Assembly: GCF_006345805.1 (NCBI RefSeq)
Contig: NC_043000.1
Span: forward strand, 148,924,001 to 148,988,000
Reading direction: 5' to 3'
Length of the DNA stretch: 64,000 nucleotides
Origin: Octopus sinensis
Taxonomy: Eukaryota
Positions 26,442-38,481 of the stretch are shown one piece after another. Numbering within the stretch: the first letter of the stretch is position 1; each line of letters starts with the position of its first letter. The notes beneath the pieces are model-generated. The model worked only from the letters and a program-made list of their open reading frames with translations. It ran no database searches and was not told the origin of the DNA. The translations under genes and the position numbers were made by a program.

Positions 26442-26829
26442 TCTTTATATACAAAAGTGAAGTTGTGTGCTGTCTGTCTCCTACGATTTACATTCCTAAC
26501 TACTCCCACATTTTGTGGTGCCGTGTAACCAAAAGCGGGTATCTTATAGTCGTGATTCATATCTAGCCCTTCTGGGTATTAGCGCATGTCTACGATGAGT
26601 CTACGATTTAAAAAAAATTTTACCATCATTTTCCCCCATTTTAATGCATTTTTTCGCTATTATATAAGGGAAGTAACTCTCTAAAAATGTCTACGATGAG
26701 TCAACAATAAAAAAAAAATTACCATCATTTTTAATGCATTTTTTTTGCTATTTTTTTGGCTATAACTCTAAAAATGTTTATATAGTTATTTCCCTTACAA
26801 ACCCGAGCAACGCCGGGCGATACTGCTAG
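26442..26829 (+). mobile_element. Non-autonomous Helitron
   Basis: 5' A|TC start, 3' hairpin cccgagcaacgccggg followed by CTAG|T, no TSD, internal duplication of tctacgatgagtc. Confidence 0.85.
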
Positions 26830-26934
26830 TTTTATATAATAATTGGTTTGACATCATTGTCATCATCATTTAACACCTGCTTTTCATACTGGCATGTGTT
26901 GGACAGTTTGACAAGAGTTGATGAACACAACCAA

Positions 26935-27250
26935 GGATTTAGAAGGCAGGGAAAGCAGCTGAAATGTCAAAGATAGTCATTGAGATGCTGGAAATATCCA
27001 GTGCACTAGTTACATAAGTAGGTGTCATACCTAATGAGTGGCATAGTAATATTACCAACAGCTGCTTTAAAAGCAAAGGAGATGCTCTAAAAAGCAACTG
27101 CAGAGGCATCAAACTGACAGGCCAAGTTACGAAAGAATTATACCACAACTGATTAGGATATTTTGAGATGAGATGCAGTTGAGTTTGTACTGGTTTGTAT
27201 CACCGGCGCCCTCTTCCCAGTGAGGCAACTGCAGAAGTTCTTCGTTAAAA
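26935..27250 (+). mobile_element. Old RTE RT fragment
   Basis: Degenerate similarity to 52680-53040 (GKAA.., KSKGDALKSNCRGIKL). Confidence 0.7.
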
Positions 27251-27339
27251 GTCACTATTATCTTGCACTCAGTGATCTAGAGAAGGCCTTGGTAGGGTAA
27301 CGCAAACTATAGTCTGATTGTTGCAAAAAAATACAAAAC

Positions 27340-27758
27340 AGGTGCAGGAGTGGCTGTGTGGTAAGTAGCTTGCTAACCAACCACATGGTTCCGGGTTCAG
27401 TCCCACTGTGTGGCACCTTGGGCAAGTGTCTTCTGCTATAGCCTCGGGCCGACCAATGCCTTGTGAGTGGATTTGGTAGACGGAAACTGAAAGAAGCCCG
27501 TCGTATATATGTATATATATATATATATGTATGTATGTATGTGTGTGTGTGTGTTTGTCCCCCTAGCATTGCTTGACAACCGATGCTGGTGTGTTTACGT
27601 CCCCGTCACTTAGCGGTTCGGCAAAAAAGAGACCGATAGAATAAGTACTGGGCTTACAAAGAATAAGTCCAGGGGTCGATTTGCTCGGCTAAAGGCGGTG
27701 CTCCAGCATGGCCGCAGTCAAATGACTGAAACAAGTAAAAGAGTAAAGAGTAAAGAGT
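27340..27758 (+). mobile_element. SINE family A (C15orf61 intron 1)
   Basis: Full-length match. Confidence 0.92.
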
Positions 27759-28260
27759 AAAAAAAAAAAAAAAAAACTGGGATCTTTTCATTTTCGAAGC
27801 CAGGACCCCAGATCTTTCAAAAACTGTTTGGCTGGATGGCTTGTAACGGCATGCAAGCCCTATACAGAGACACCGTCAGCAACGTGTGAGTTATAAAGCG
27901 AAGGTTTCAATGTACAGGAAGACGTTTATCGAGGTTCGGTTCAGATGACTGAATCTGTCGAATATTTATTTAGAGAAATTCCAAAAACCAAGCGGCTTCA
28001 AGTAGATCTAGCAAAGATAACAACAAGAAAGAAGACTGGACAAGAAACATTAGGGAAGTGCCTATGCTCAATAGAAAAGGAATAGATAGGAAAACTATGG
28101 GATCTACAAAAAATTATTTTTTGTAAATCTGCCGGGCAAAAAGGTAAAGATCCAAGCTATGTTATAGATTCAATGTAAACTATGAGTGCACAAGAATTGT
28201 AGAGAAATCGCTAGGTTATTGACAGAAAAGGAAAACTTGGTAAATAACAGATACACTGGA

Positions 28261-28345
28261 GTAGTCAGCAGATAGATACACAGGTAGTCAGCAGATATAC
28301 AGATGCAGTCAGCAGACACACAGGTGTAGCCAGCAGATAGACATG
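28261..28345. repeat. Short degenerate tandem repeat (about 22-24 bp unit gtagtcagcagata..)
   Basis: About four imperfect copies. Confidence 0.6.
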
Positions 28346-28798
28346 TAGTCATTAAGGTTAAACTAAAGCAACCCTTAGAGTTCAGTATTCCATTGTTACT
28401 TTTATCAATCGGCAGGTAGAAAAATTTTGTTAAGGAGGCTGGTGAAGAAATTTGTTTGTATGCCGTTCATTTTTCACACACAAATTCTAAGCAACCTGAT
28501 ACTATCATACTCTCCTCAGAGAGTTTGCACTGAATGAGTAAAATACTAGACGAAATAGAGTACTAAACTTAATTCAACACACATACATACACTCACATTC
28601 AAAACAACCTATCTTAATTACAAATCAAAATAGCCACTTCTCCAAAAACTAACAAAAGACCGTCGATCGCTAAACAAAACGATACTAAGCTGTTTGATTC
28701 ACATTTGTGAAAGTGGAATACTAAACTCAAAGATCGCCGACAAAGTCTTTCAAATCCTCGCAAGGATTCAGAAGTAATTTAATAATAGCTTACGTTAC

Positions 28799-28900
28799 CT
28801 AATTAGCAGGAAGGTGAGCTTCCAAAGCATCGTAGCCGGAGTTAGAACGGTTTAGATGAAATCTGCACGAACGACGAAGCAGAAATGAGTTAAGAACTAA
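28799..28900 (-). other. Putative first (5'UTR/uORF-bearing) exon of C15orf61
   Basis: Lies at the edge of a CpG-containing patch. Contains ATG CTT TGG AAG CTC ACC TTC CTG CTA ATT AG|GTAACG (ATG at 28830, A at -3), i.e. a donor at 28798. Upstream boundary and TSS are approximate. Confidence 0.55.
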
Positions 28901-31201
28901 AACGAAAGAACCTATGTCCAGAGCCTTTTCCCACTATTTATTTCCTTTTTTAAAGATAATAAAGTCTAATTTGAGGAATATTTGACTGCTATTTCTAGAA
29001 GGATGAGCGATCGCGTAACGCTCCCTTGTTGGTTCCTAATGATCGAATAGACCGAGACTCAAAGACATTCTAACCAAGATTATCCCATTTTTTTCCCCCA
29101 GATATATATTTTATTTTTTTCTCAGGCCTTCCCCCTTTTTTAAATATAGTAGGGTGTGCTTTGAGAGTTAGCTGCTGTTTCTACCAGATCCAGCAACGGT
29201 GTAAGAATACCAATGTAGGTAAATTTTCCCAGTGAGCATTATAAAGAACTGAAAGTAAGATTCTTTCAGTTTTCCGATTACATAATGCACTCAGCTTTGT
29301 GTGAATACATTGCAGATGTAAAGTTTGCACAAAATGCTGGTACTAGACATCGCTAAGAACGAATCATAACTGGAGATCTCATGGCATAGTTCATTCAGAA
29401 AGACATTATTCCTTCCTCGTGTCTAATAGAAACCTGTATCTGCAACCGTTTTAAACACAACCAATGAAATAAAATAAATATTGATTCAACCAGACAATAA
29501 GGAATTACTGGGACTTCGAAACATGTTTAAGTTGATACCTTTTTTTTGAGAATTCATAATAGGAAGGCGCGGAAAGGCACGCGCATTTTACCACCAACGT
29601 ACTCTACCCGTAAAGTTAAGGAAAGTATTTTAAAAATTAAACTAATCTAGTTAAGACAGGTTGTTTTGTGATTATATAGAAAATTGGTCTGATGATTGAT
29701 GTGTACAAATAACAAAAGAAATCTTACGTTTCGTGTCTGAATATAGTTTTTATCATAATTTAACGAAAACAGTTGGAAGTCAATAAACAAGAACGATAAT
29801 AACAAAAACAAACATCGAAACCAACGGTTAATCAAACCACGGTAATATTTTACCACGTTAAATGTGAAAGGCAACTTTTAATTAAGAATATATTATTATA
29901 TGATCGAAGGGGGTAGTTTTTAGTATTTATAATGTTGTTGTAAAATAAAATTTGCAAATTATATAAAAAGAAACTAATAAATTGAAATATTCTGCCCGTA
30001 ATACTTTTAAAAAGCTTAACAGACGACAGTGAAGGATTGCAGAGAAATGAATGAAAGAAAGATAAGCCCACTCAAATACAATTAAAATATCTTTGAGGTT
30101 ATAAGATGAAAGCTGTTTAAATTTCAAAAGTCAGTGGGTTACTCTACAAGTTAATGATTAGAATGAGAAAAAAGGTAATTGAAGATCAATAAAATACTTG
30201 CCGTGTGTGGAGGTCACGCTTGCATCGCTGACGGCTTCGCAGTGCATTGTGGGTGTTCAAACATCCGGTACAACAATTTCATGGTACCTCTCTCACATGG
30301 TACCTCTCACATGCAGTCAAATGATAGACATGCTAGAAATAGCAGCTAAAATCTTTCAAAATCCCACCGTGCTGTATTAAAATAAGGAAAGGCCAGTTGG
30401 ACAGTCCCAGTCGAATCCCTTATATACAAACAGAAGAATTAGTTTCGGCTGGCTTTTAATCGAAGATCTGCTCTATAAGGGCTGATGTAGGGCTAAGCAA
30501 CCACGATATCACGTGGTTGATTGTGAAATAGGGATCTTGATCTGTGGTTCTACAACAATTGTGGGCAATCTGTGACCAGAGAAATTTTTTCTATCGCACA
30601 CCTAATAAAAAAAATTATCGTAATTTTTCTTTTTTTTTTTTAGTGGTGCGACTCACCTAACGATGAACCATGTCACATGCAGTTCTTTTCTTGAAAAAAG
30701 GTTGCCCATGTCTGCTACGTGCTGAGAAAATGAAAATCTACAATTTACTTTATCATTATATCCATTTCAACAATATCTTTTGAATCTAGTGGAAATTGTA
30801 GATTCTGTGTTCAAATGTATTTTGTAATTGAATGTGAAATAGTTGGAGTTAGTCCTTGCAGCCTGCATAGAATTTCGATTGCAATCGGGTGGAGCAATTC
30901 GGCAAGTGAGGTTTCCTGCACTAATTGCCCAAAGTATAATTTCCTAGTTTAAATAAATAAAGATGAAATACCGCACGATATTTGCTTAGCATCAGACTAG
31001 GGAAGTGCGGCGACCTAGCGTAGGAGAAAGCTTTAAAATTTCGAACAGTAGGCTTTTCTGGACAAGAAAATGGAATCAATGGGATCAATATCTATTCTAC
31101 ATAGCATATTGAGCACTCTTTGCTTCGTAATATACACACACATATACATATGGCGGTGCTCCAGCATGACCGATATATATATATATATATATATAATATA
31201 T

Positions 31202-31236
<35 letters not shown>

Positions 31237-31768
31237 TCGAACTTTTTATTTTTTCTTTCTCACATATTTCAGTATTTCATTTTCTTTTTATAGTACACCC
31301 TAAACTAAAGGGTTTTTAAAAATATATATATATATTGTTAAATATTTTCAAGTAATTTCGAAAATAGTAGTTTGAAATGTCCATTTTATTTCTCTGGAAA
31401 TGAAAATTACTATATTAAATCAACTTCTAAATAGAAATAAGTTCAGCAGAAACACTAGCTTTGTATACACAGAGCAACTGTTGAAACCGAGAAAGGAAGA
31501 CAAAGAGAGGAACCAGAATAATCCCTGGTTCTTCTTTAACTTTGATGTCACCACGGTATATGTGATCATAGGCAATAAGCATTATTGAAAGAATAGACAA
31601 AGCTCTTTAATTTGATTACAAGTTAAAACCTAATATTCGACATAACGCATACACACGCGAACAAACACAAATACAATAATCATATTTATTATCTTCCTTA
31701 CTTTTCACAATTTCACTTTGAACGGTGAGTTGCGAACCAAATAACCGTATAAACCGAAGGAATAGAAC

Positions 31769-31775
31769 TCTATCC

Positions 31776-31819
<44 letters not shown>

Positions 31820-31921
31820 GTCTATGTATCTCTCTCTCTCTCTCTATCTATCAATCTATCTATCTATCTATCTATCTCTCTGTCTGTCTGTCTATCTCTC
31901 TCTCTCTCTCTGTCTATCTAT

Positions 31922-31967
<46 letters not shown>

Positions 31968-32030
31968 CTCTGTCTATCTAGCTCTCTCTCTGTCTGTCTG
32001 TCTATCTATCTATCTATATGTCCGTCCATC
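31769..32030. repeat. Compound (TCTA)n/(TCTG)n/(TC)n microsatellite
   Basis: Direct reading of the sequence. Confidence 0.95.
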
Positions 32031-32364
32031 CACCCCTCCCTCCGTTAGCTATACACACCCACATATATACACACGTAAATACGTAGGTGCGTATATAATG
32101 TATATGGTTCACGCCTGTCCACGTGGACAATCTTTCAGTTTTTTTCCTAACTCAAGTGGGATTTTTTTATCTTTCTATTCTACTACTGACTGGAATTTTC
32201 GACTTTATGAAGCCAGCTTCAAGAAATTACTATTCTGAAATCTATTTCATCCCTTAAACTATTTCTTAGCATTGTATGAAATTATATTTTTGGTTTTGAA
32301 TACATCAATTCATAATATCTATTATTTTTAACGCCGTTTTGAACCAGGACCAGAGTTTGACGGT

Positions 32365-32540
32365 ATATATATTTCTTTACTACCCACAAGGGGCTAAACA
32401 CAGAGGGGACAAACAAGGACAGACAAACGGATTAAGTCGATTACATCGACCCCAATGCGTAACTGGTACTTAATTTATCGACCCCGAGAGGATGAAAGGC
32501 AAAGTCGACGACGGCGGAATTTGAACCCAGAACGCAACGG
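32365..32540 (-). mobile_element. SINE family C, truncated
   Basis: Close match to 18133-18305. Confidence 0.85.
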
Positions 32541-32899
32541 AATGTGTGAGAGAGTTTGAGGCAAAATCATCCCAATATTGATTTCTGAGTTTCAATCACT
32601 TGTCAATTTGACAATTTTCGAAACAAATTCTTGACGATCCGAGTCATTTTAGTTTTTGCTCCTGCAAAAATACAGTTCATCACATTTTATAAGCATCGTT
32701 GATTAGGGGGCTTAAGTAGGATTATTTGGGTTCGGGGTTTAGAGTTTGGGGATAGAGTTTATAGTATACGCTTATGGAGTTTATAATTTAAATGCCAATA
32801 AAATGATGGGTGGAGTCATTTTTTTTTAAACAAACGTCACACGTATTTCCCGCCTGTATAAAAATTGAATGTTTTTAGGGAAACTAGAGACTGTAATGG

Positions 32900-33066
32900 G
32901 AATAATTTGTTTAGCCTTGCTTGATCAGTCCTCTTCGTCTTTTTGGTGTATGTGGACTACATTTTCAAATAAGCTCTTCCCTTTTTGAGACGACATCAGG
33001 GTGTTATTTGTAGTTTAGTGTGGTGGTTAGTCCTATATTCTTAAGCTATTCACAAGTTCGGTAAGT
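32900..33066 (+). promoter_or_regulatory. Putative promoter and non-coding first exon of an unidentified plus-strand transcript
   Basis: GACTACATTTTCAAATAAGC (32955-32974) resembles the ZNF143/ACTACA promoter motif. CpG-containing context and perfect donor TCG|GTAAGT at 33061. No downstream coding exon identified. Confidence 0.35.
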
Positions 33067-33346
33067 CGCGTGTGTTGACAACGACTACACTAAGTTTGAG
33101 TTGCCAAATATTTTATTAACCCTCGTCGTTATATTTACAAATGTACATCAAGGGACCAAGGTGCAATGGATATAACTTGCCGAATAATGTAATGAAGATG
33201 GTGTAAGGAAATTAATCACTACATATAATTAATGTGTTTAATTAGATATAAGTAAAGGTTAGTGCCGTTTGCTAACTACGACACAAGTATAATTAGAAGA
33301 GAAAGAACTAGCTGAGACAAGCGATATAGAATCCTCCAGATGAATG

Positions 33347-33592
33347 GTTCTGAACCGGAGTCCATATGGCCCTTGGAGTTCCAGATAAGATTTTATGAAA
33401 ATTTATCTGCAATAAATGTTATAATTTTACAATACACAAAATATTTCAACAGTTTTTATACGATTCCTAGTAATATTTAATTATAAAAATATGGTAAGAT
33501 TTTTTAAGCATCGAATGGCTAGGAGGGCCCATCCGAGTAAAATGAGAATCAAAGGAGTCCCTAGGTCAAAAACCGGTTGAGAAACACTGTTC
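33347..33592. mobile_element. Older hAT-type MITE
   Basis: Degenerate left TIR (tggttctgaacc) and right TIR ggttgagaaacactg followed by ttctagac. Confidence 0.65.
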
Positions 33593-33923
33593 TAGACGGA
33601 GCTTTGCGACTCTCTGGTCCATTTCTCTATTGCCTTACTACAGCAAGGTAAAAGGCTATCATATGAAGGAAGAGCAACATAACCTGCATAGTTCTGCCTA
33701 AAGTTGAATTCACTCATCTATTTATTACTGATGGTTTGAAAGTTCTAGAAACTTTGACTAAACTGTTTGGTGAGAAAACTCATATACTTCCTTTGAAGAT
33801 TGCCATTTCAGCCATACTAAGTCTATCAATGCTGATTGGTTAGGTCATATTCACATAGGCATTGATATATTTATGGTGACATTTTTTCTTTTAATGAGAT
33901 TACATTAGTTCAAGGTTCTAGAT

Positions 33924-34102
33924 CAGTGGTTTTCAACCAGGGTTCCGCAAGAAGTTACAAAAATGCTAAAATTGACAGTAATTTTTAATTCTCCTGTGCA
34001 GATATGTGTGCATAAGACAATTAAATTATTGCATAGGCGTTCCTCAAGCCAGTGAAATGTTTTCTTGGGGTTCCGCTCCAGCAAAAAGTTTGAAAAGCAC
34101 TG
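33924..34102. mobile_element. hAT-type MITE
   Basis: TIRs cagtggttttcaacc / tttgaaaagcactg with a perfect 8-bp TSD ttctagat (33916-33923, 34103-34110). Confidence 0.9.
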
Positions 34103-34216
34103 TTCTAGATCATGAAAATTTGAGACTAGGGTCTCAGAAGATTTTGTTGCTATTCCTAGCAGTTCACCTAGAGCACCCATCCAAATGCCTTTTGTAAATA
34201 AGTTGTAGATAATTAT

Positions 34217-35255
34217 TGTGGAGGAGTGAGGTGAGACATCAGGCTCAAAAGGGAAGGAAGAGTGACATTGGGACCAGAAGCAAACGGAAATGGCCTCATG
34301 TCAAGAAGTGAGGCATTTGGAGAGCCTCTTTCTTCATCAGGACATTGATGTGTGAAGGGAATTTCGAAGGGAGAGTAGTTTCTGGTCAGATGTTGGGGTA
34401 ATGGGCATGTGTAGGTATGACCAACAAGTTCTGCTGATCTTTGTGAAGTGAAGCTGGATACTCTGTTCTGATTTTGTCTTGAGGTAAGATTATTCTTATT
34501 TTAACCTCATTCCTTCTGCAAGCTATTTTGACTCGTTGATTGTCTGCCATGGGGACATATTTCTGTCTTTCTCTATTGCCTTACTACAGCCAACACTCAT
34601 GATTGTTATGCAGATAAGGATTAATAATGATGATTTGAGACCATTTTTAGGGATAGGTGATGTGGTGGCCTGAATCAAAATGGTTAAGCTTGTGGTGAAG
34701 TTGCAGGGCATTGAAGATGTGGCTGGTCTTATGCCACTTCTCTGAGAGGAAATTGTGCGAAATCTATATTTAGAAATGGATGAAGTGGATAAGCTGAAAA
34801 TAGAGAATATTGAAGTGTAACTGGAGGATGCATACACATGAAGAGCATTCAAAGCCTACAACAAGCTTGGGAGAGTGAGACGGACAGACAAGCAAGTTGA
34901 TGACTGTGTGAGTGGGATCAGGTCATTAACTGGGTTAGCTGAGTTTACTGGTGGAACAATGGAGTGGTGTGAAGATTGCTTTTGTGACTGGATTTCCTGA
35001 TCACATCTCAGTGAGGTCACAACAGCTGTTGGACATCAACACAATGTCAGTAGGCTTCAGTGGATAAAATGCAATTGTTAAAACAGACTGACACTGGCTG
35101 TGTGGTAAGTAGCTTGCTAACCAACCACATGGTTCCGGGTTCAGTCCCACTGCGTGGCATCTTGGACAAGTGTCTTCTGCTATAGCCCCGGGCCGACCAA
35201 TGCCTTGTGAGTGGATTTGGTAGACGGAAACTGAAAGAAGCCTGTCGTATATATG

Positions 35256-35286
<31 letters not shown>

Positions 35287-38200
35287 TTGTCCCCCTAGCA
35301 TTGCTTGACAACCGATGCTGGTGTGTTTACGTCCCCGTCACTTAGCGGTTCGGCAAAAGAGACCGATAGAATAAGTACTGGGCTTACAAAGAATAAGTCC
35401 CGGGGTTGATTTGCTCGACTAAAGGCGGTGCTCCAGAATGGCCGCAGTCAAATAACTGAAACAAGTAAAAGAGTATATGTGACAGCAATGATGACAGTGG
35501 GCATAAGTAGGATGAAAAGGTAGATGGCAAATAGTGGAAATATGTATGGCAAGACAGATGTTTAAGGGGTTGTGCTTTAGGTTTTGGGGTCTGCACATGG
35601 ACAGAGATTGTACAGAACCAAAATCTGAAGTGGTGTGTTACTGATGTATTCAGCTCAGGCATGTAGCAAGCTTTTGCATACAGAGAAATAATACAATTAG
35701 AGGTGCACCTACAATTGCTGCCTGTAATAAGGGTTCTGGTAGGGGCAAATGAAGTGCAAGCCCTTGGTTACCATAAAAATGGTAGAGAGTTGGAGAGGAA
35801 GAACTAGCCTCAGATAGGGAGGTTAAATGCAGGGGCATCAGTTGCAGAAGAGTTAGAGATACAATGGACATCAATGATGCTGCACAGGCAACTGTAGTTG
35901 ATGAAATAGTGGACATCATCAATTTAGTGCTGAGAATGGTCATGATTGTACACTGGGGCAGCTTGACTGTCGACAGGGTAGGAGTGGAATCTGGTGACCA
36001 TTGTGCTGCATGCTGTGAGCGTGGAGCAGAGGAAGAAGGTTGTAGGAATGATAGTTGCCATTAGAGAGAGTGAATACTGTAGCCAAGATTGAAGGTGAAA
36101 ACTTCTGTGCTGAATTCAACGGCAAAAGACAAGCAGTGGAGAAATTTTGGGAAAGAAGAGTCCTGCAAACTGAGAAACAGGGTGAATTGCTATGAGCACA
36201 TTCTGGAAAGAGAGGTTAGGAGTGGGTTCCTGAGTGAGGTGGATAGATGGATAGAGAAGGATATTTTGATACTGCGGGAAGAGGAGGTGACAAGTGATGT
36301 GCTGTTGATGATGGCTGTAGTCCAGCTGACAAAGAATAATGTTTGACTGGTGCTAGACTTTTGTGAGTTGAATGAACATGTGTCCTGCCATATGGGTAGT
36401 GAAGCATATGTGGGAGCGGAGGCAAAAGGCAGGAGCAACTATGATCATTGACCTTAAGTTGGCATACCTGCAGCTCCATGTGTTTGAGAAGTTGTGGAGG
36501 TACCAGCTACTGAAGAACAAGGGCAGAACGTACTGTCTGACTTGGCTGGGTTTAGGTCTGAGTTCAACACCAAAAAGTCCTGGTGAAGGTTTACAAGGAG
36601 ATTTTGGGGAAAGAGGCTAAGTTGGAGCAGACTACAAGTTCTTATATTGATGGCATCCTGGTAGATGAGAATTTGGGAATGGCAGAGGAAGTTGTGGGTC
36701 ATTTGAGAAGGTTCAGGTTGATGGCTAAATCACTGGAGGCTATAGAAAGATGTATAGCACTGGGGCTCAGGCTCAAAAGAAATAAAATGGGTACGCTTGT
36801 GTTTTGGAGAGGAAATGAGATCCTAGACCAGCACAAAGACATGAGTAGGGGAGAGTTGTTCTCAATGTGTGGGAAGCTGTTTAGACACTATCCTGTTGCA
36901 GGATCGCTCTGAAAGGCATGTAGTTACAGCAAGCAGTGAACTGGAGTGATAAAATGGGAGAGAAGACAATTACAATGATACAAGATGTCTTGGAGAGAGT
37001 GAGAGTGGAGGATCTGATGAAGGGCAACTGGTATGTGCCTGAAACAGAAAAAAGGAATGTATTGTGTGATGCAAGTGACATAGCAATAAGAGTCATTCTG
37101 GAAATGGAAGGTGTTGAGGTGGAATATGCAATAAGCCTCAGGAAGATACATAACTACAACCACATCAATTTAACTGAACTAGATGCTGTGTTAAAGGATG
37201 TGAACCAGGATAAAAAAGCACTGGCTGAAAGTGACAGAGTATTTATTGAGAAGATTGGCTGCAGCATGTCAGCTTGCAGGCTCAGAACTGAGGAGGCTGC
37301 ACAACATGCACAGGATATGAGTCAACAGGACTCTGTTTTTGGCCTGGATGATTGACCCTGATGTCACCAGGGAGAGTGTTCAGAAGGTAGTTGGGAGTTG
37401 TGAGAGGTGTCAGTCCATTGATCCCATGTCAAGAGGAGGAAGACTGGAAAATGCTGGTGATAGATGTGATGTACTATTGGGAAAGGTTGTACTTTTCAGT
37501 GGTTGATTGTATGCCAGGGTAAGGAGTAGTATAGAGGGAGACCAGGCTGAAATTGCAGAGGTGCTGAATACAATATTCCTAGGAAGTGGGGACCAGTGAA
37601 TGAACTCTTCATGGACAATAGCAGAGTGTTTCATTTGGAGCAGCTGAAGGAGATTCTTGAAAGATGGAACATGAGATGTTTCTTCAAAGCTGTATACAAG
37701 CCCAGTGAAAATGGGTTTGTGGAACAATGCCATTACACAATTAAAGCCATGACTGAGAGGGGCAGTTTTGTTGGGACAATATGTTGGCCAGGGTAGAACA
37801 AGCTGAAGAGTTGACTCTGCAAAGAGCTATATTCCAGTATGAATGGAGACACCCAAATGTGGCTCCGCAATAGTCAGAAGTGGAAGGGTCTGCATTTTTT
37901 TTTTCAGATTGGAGATGAAGTGTGCATGAAGCTCCCTAATGCATAGTGTATGACTCAATGGGGGAAAGGAAGAGTGATTGCAGTTAACACTTGGAATATC
38001 ATATCAGTGAACAGAATGCTGGGTCACATCTTGGAAGTTCATAGGGTTGCTAACACCTCTTATGATGAAGTAGAAGGAGAGGCCAACCCTGTGACCTTGC
38101 GAAGATCACAAAGGGAGCATTGTCCATCCAGGTAGATGAGCGATTTTGAAATGGAATAGAAGGGTAGTGATCTTTAGATAAAGTGGGGTGGCAGTATATG

Positions 38201-38481
38201 GGAGTGAAGGGAGACATTGGGATCGGAAGTGAGGAAGGAAGACTGTTGTCGGGACCAGAAACAAGGGGAAGTGACATCATGTCAAGAAGTGGGGCATTTC
38301 TTCATCAGGACATTAAGGGTAATAGACAGAGGGAGAGTAGTTTCTGGACAGATGTTGTGTAGTGTACATGTGTAGGTACAACCAACAAGTTCTGCTGACC
38401 ATTGTGAAATGAAGGTGGATTCTCTGTTCTGATTTCATCTTGAGATTATGAGTGTTCTTATTTTTTGCTTTTCCTTTTACA
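34217..38481 (+). mobile_element. Decayed full-length Gypsy-type LTR retrotransposon
   Basis: Diverged LTR pair (about 34217-34520 and 38195-38481), purine tract AAAGTGGGGTGGCAG before the 3' LTR, and a probable 5-bp TSD attat/gttat (1 mismatch). Interrupted gag with two CCHC-like knuckles (about 35570-35680), RT (LMAVVQ, IDLKLAYLQL, SSYIDGILV), RNase H (CDASD, NHINLTELDAVL) and integrase (PSENGFVEQCHYTIK) remnants with many stops and frameshifts. Confidence 0.9.
35095..35474 (+). mobile_element. SINE family A nested in the Gypsy element
   Basis: Nearly full-length match interrupting gag. Confidence 0.92.

Noticed and set aside
29686-29742. C/D box snoRNA (TGATGA...CTGA)
   Set aside because: Imperfect C box, no terminal stem, not intronic in a known host gene, no recognisable rRNA complement.
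31725-32048. 107-aa LSIY-repeat ORF
   Set aside because: Translation of a (TCTA)n microsatellite.
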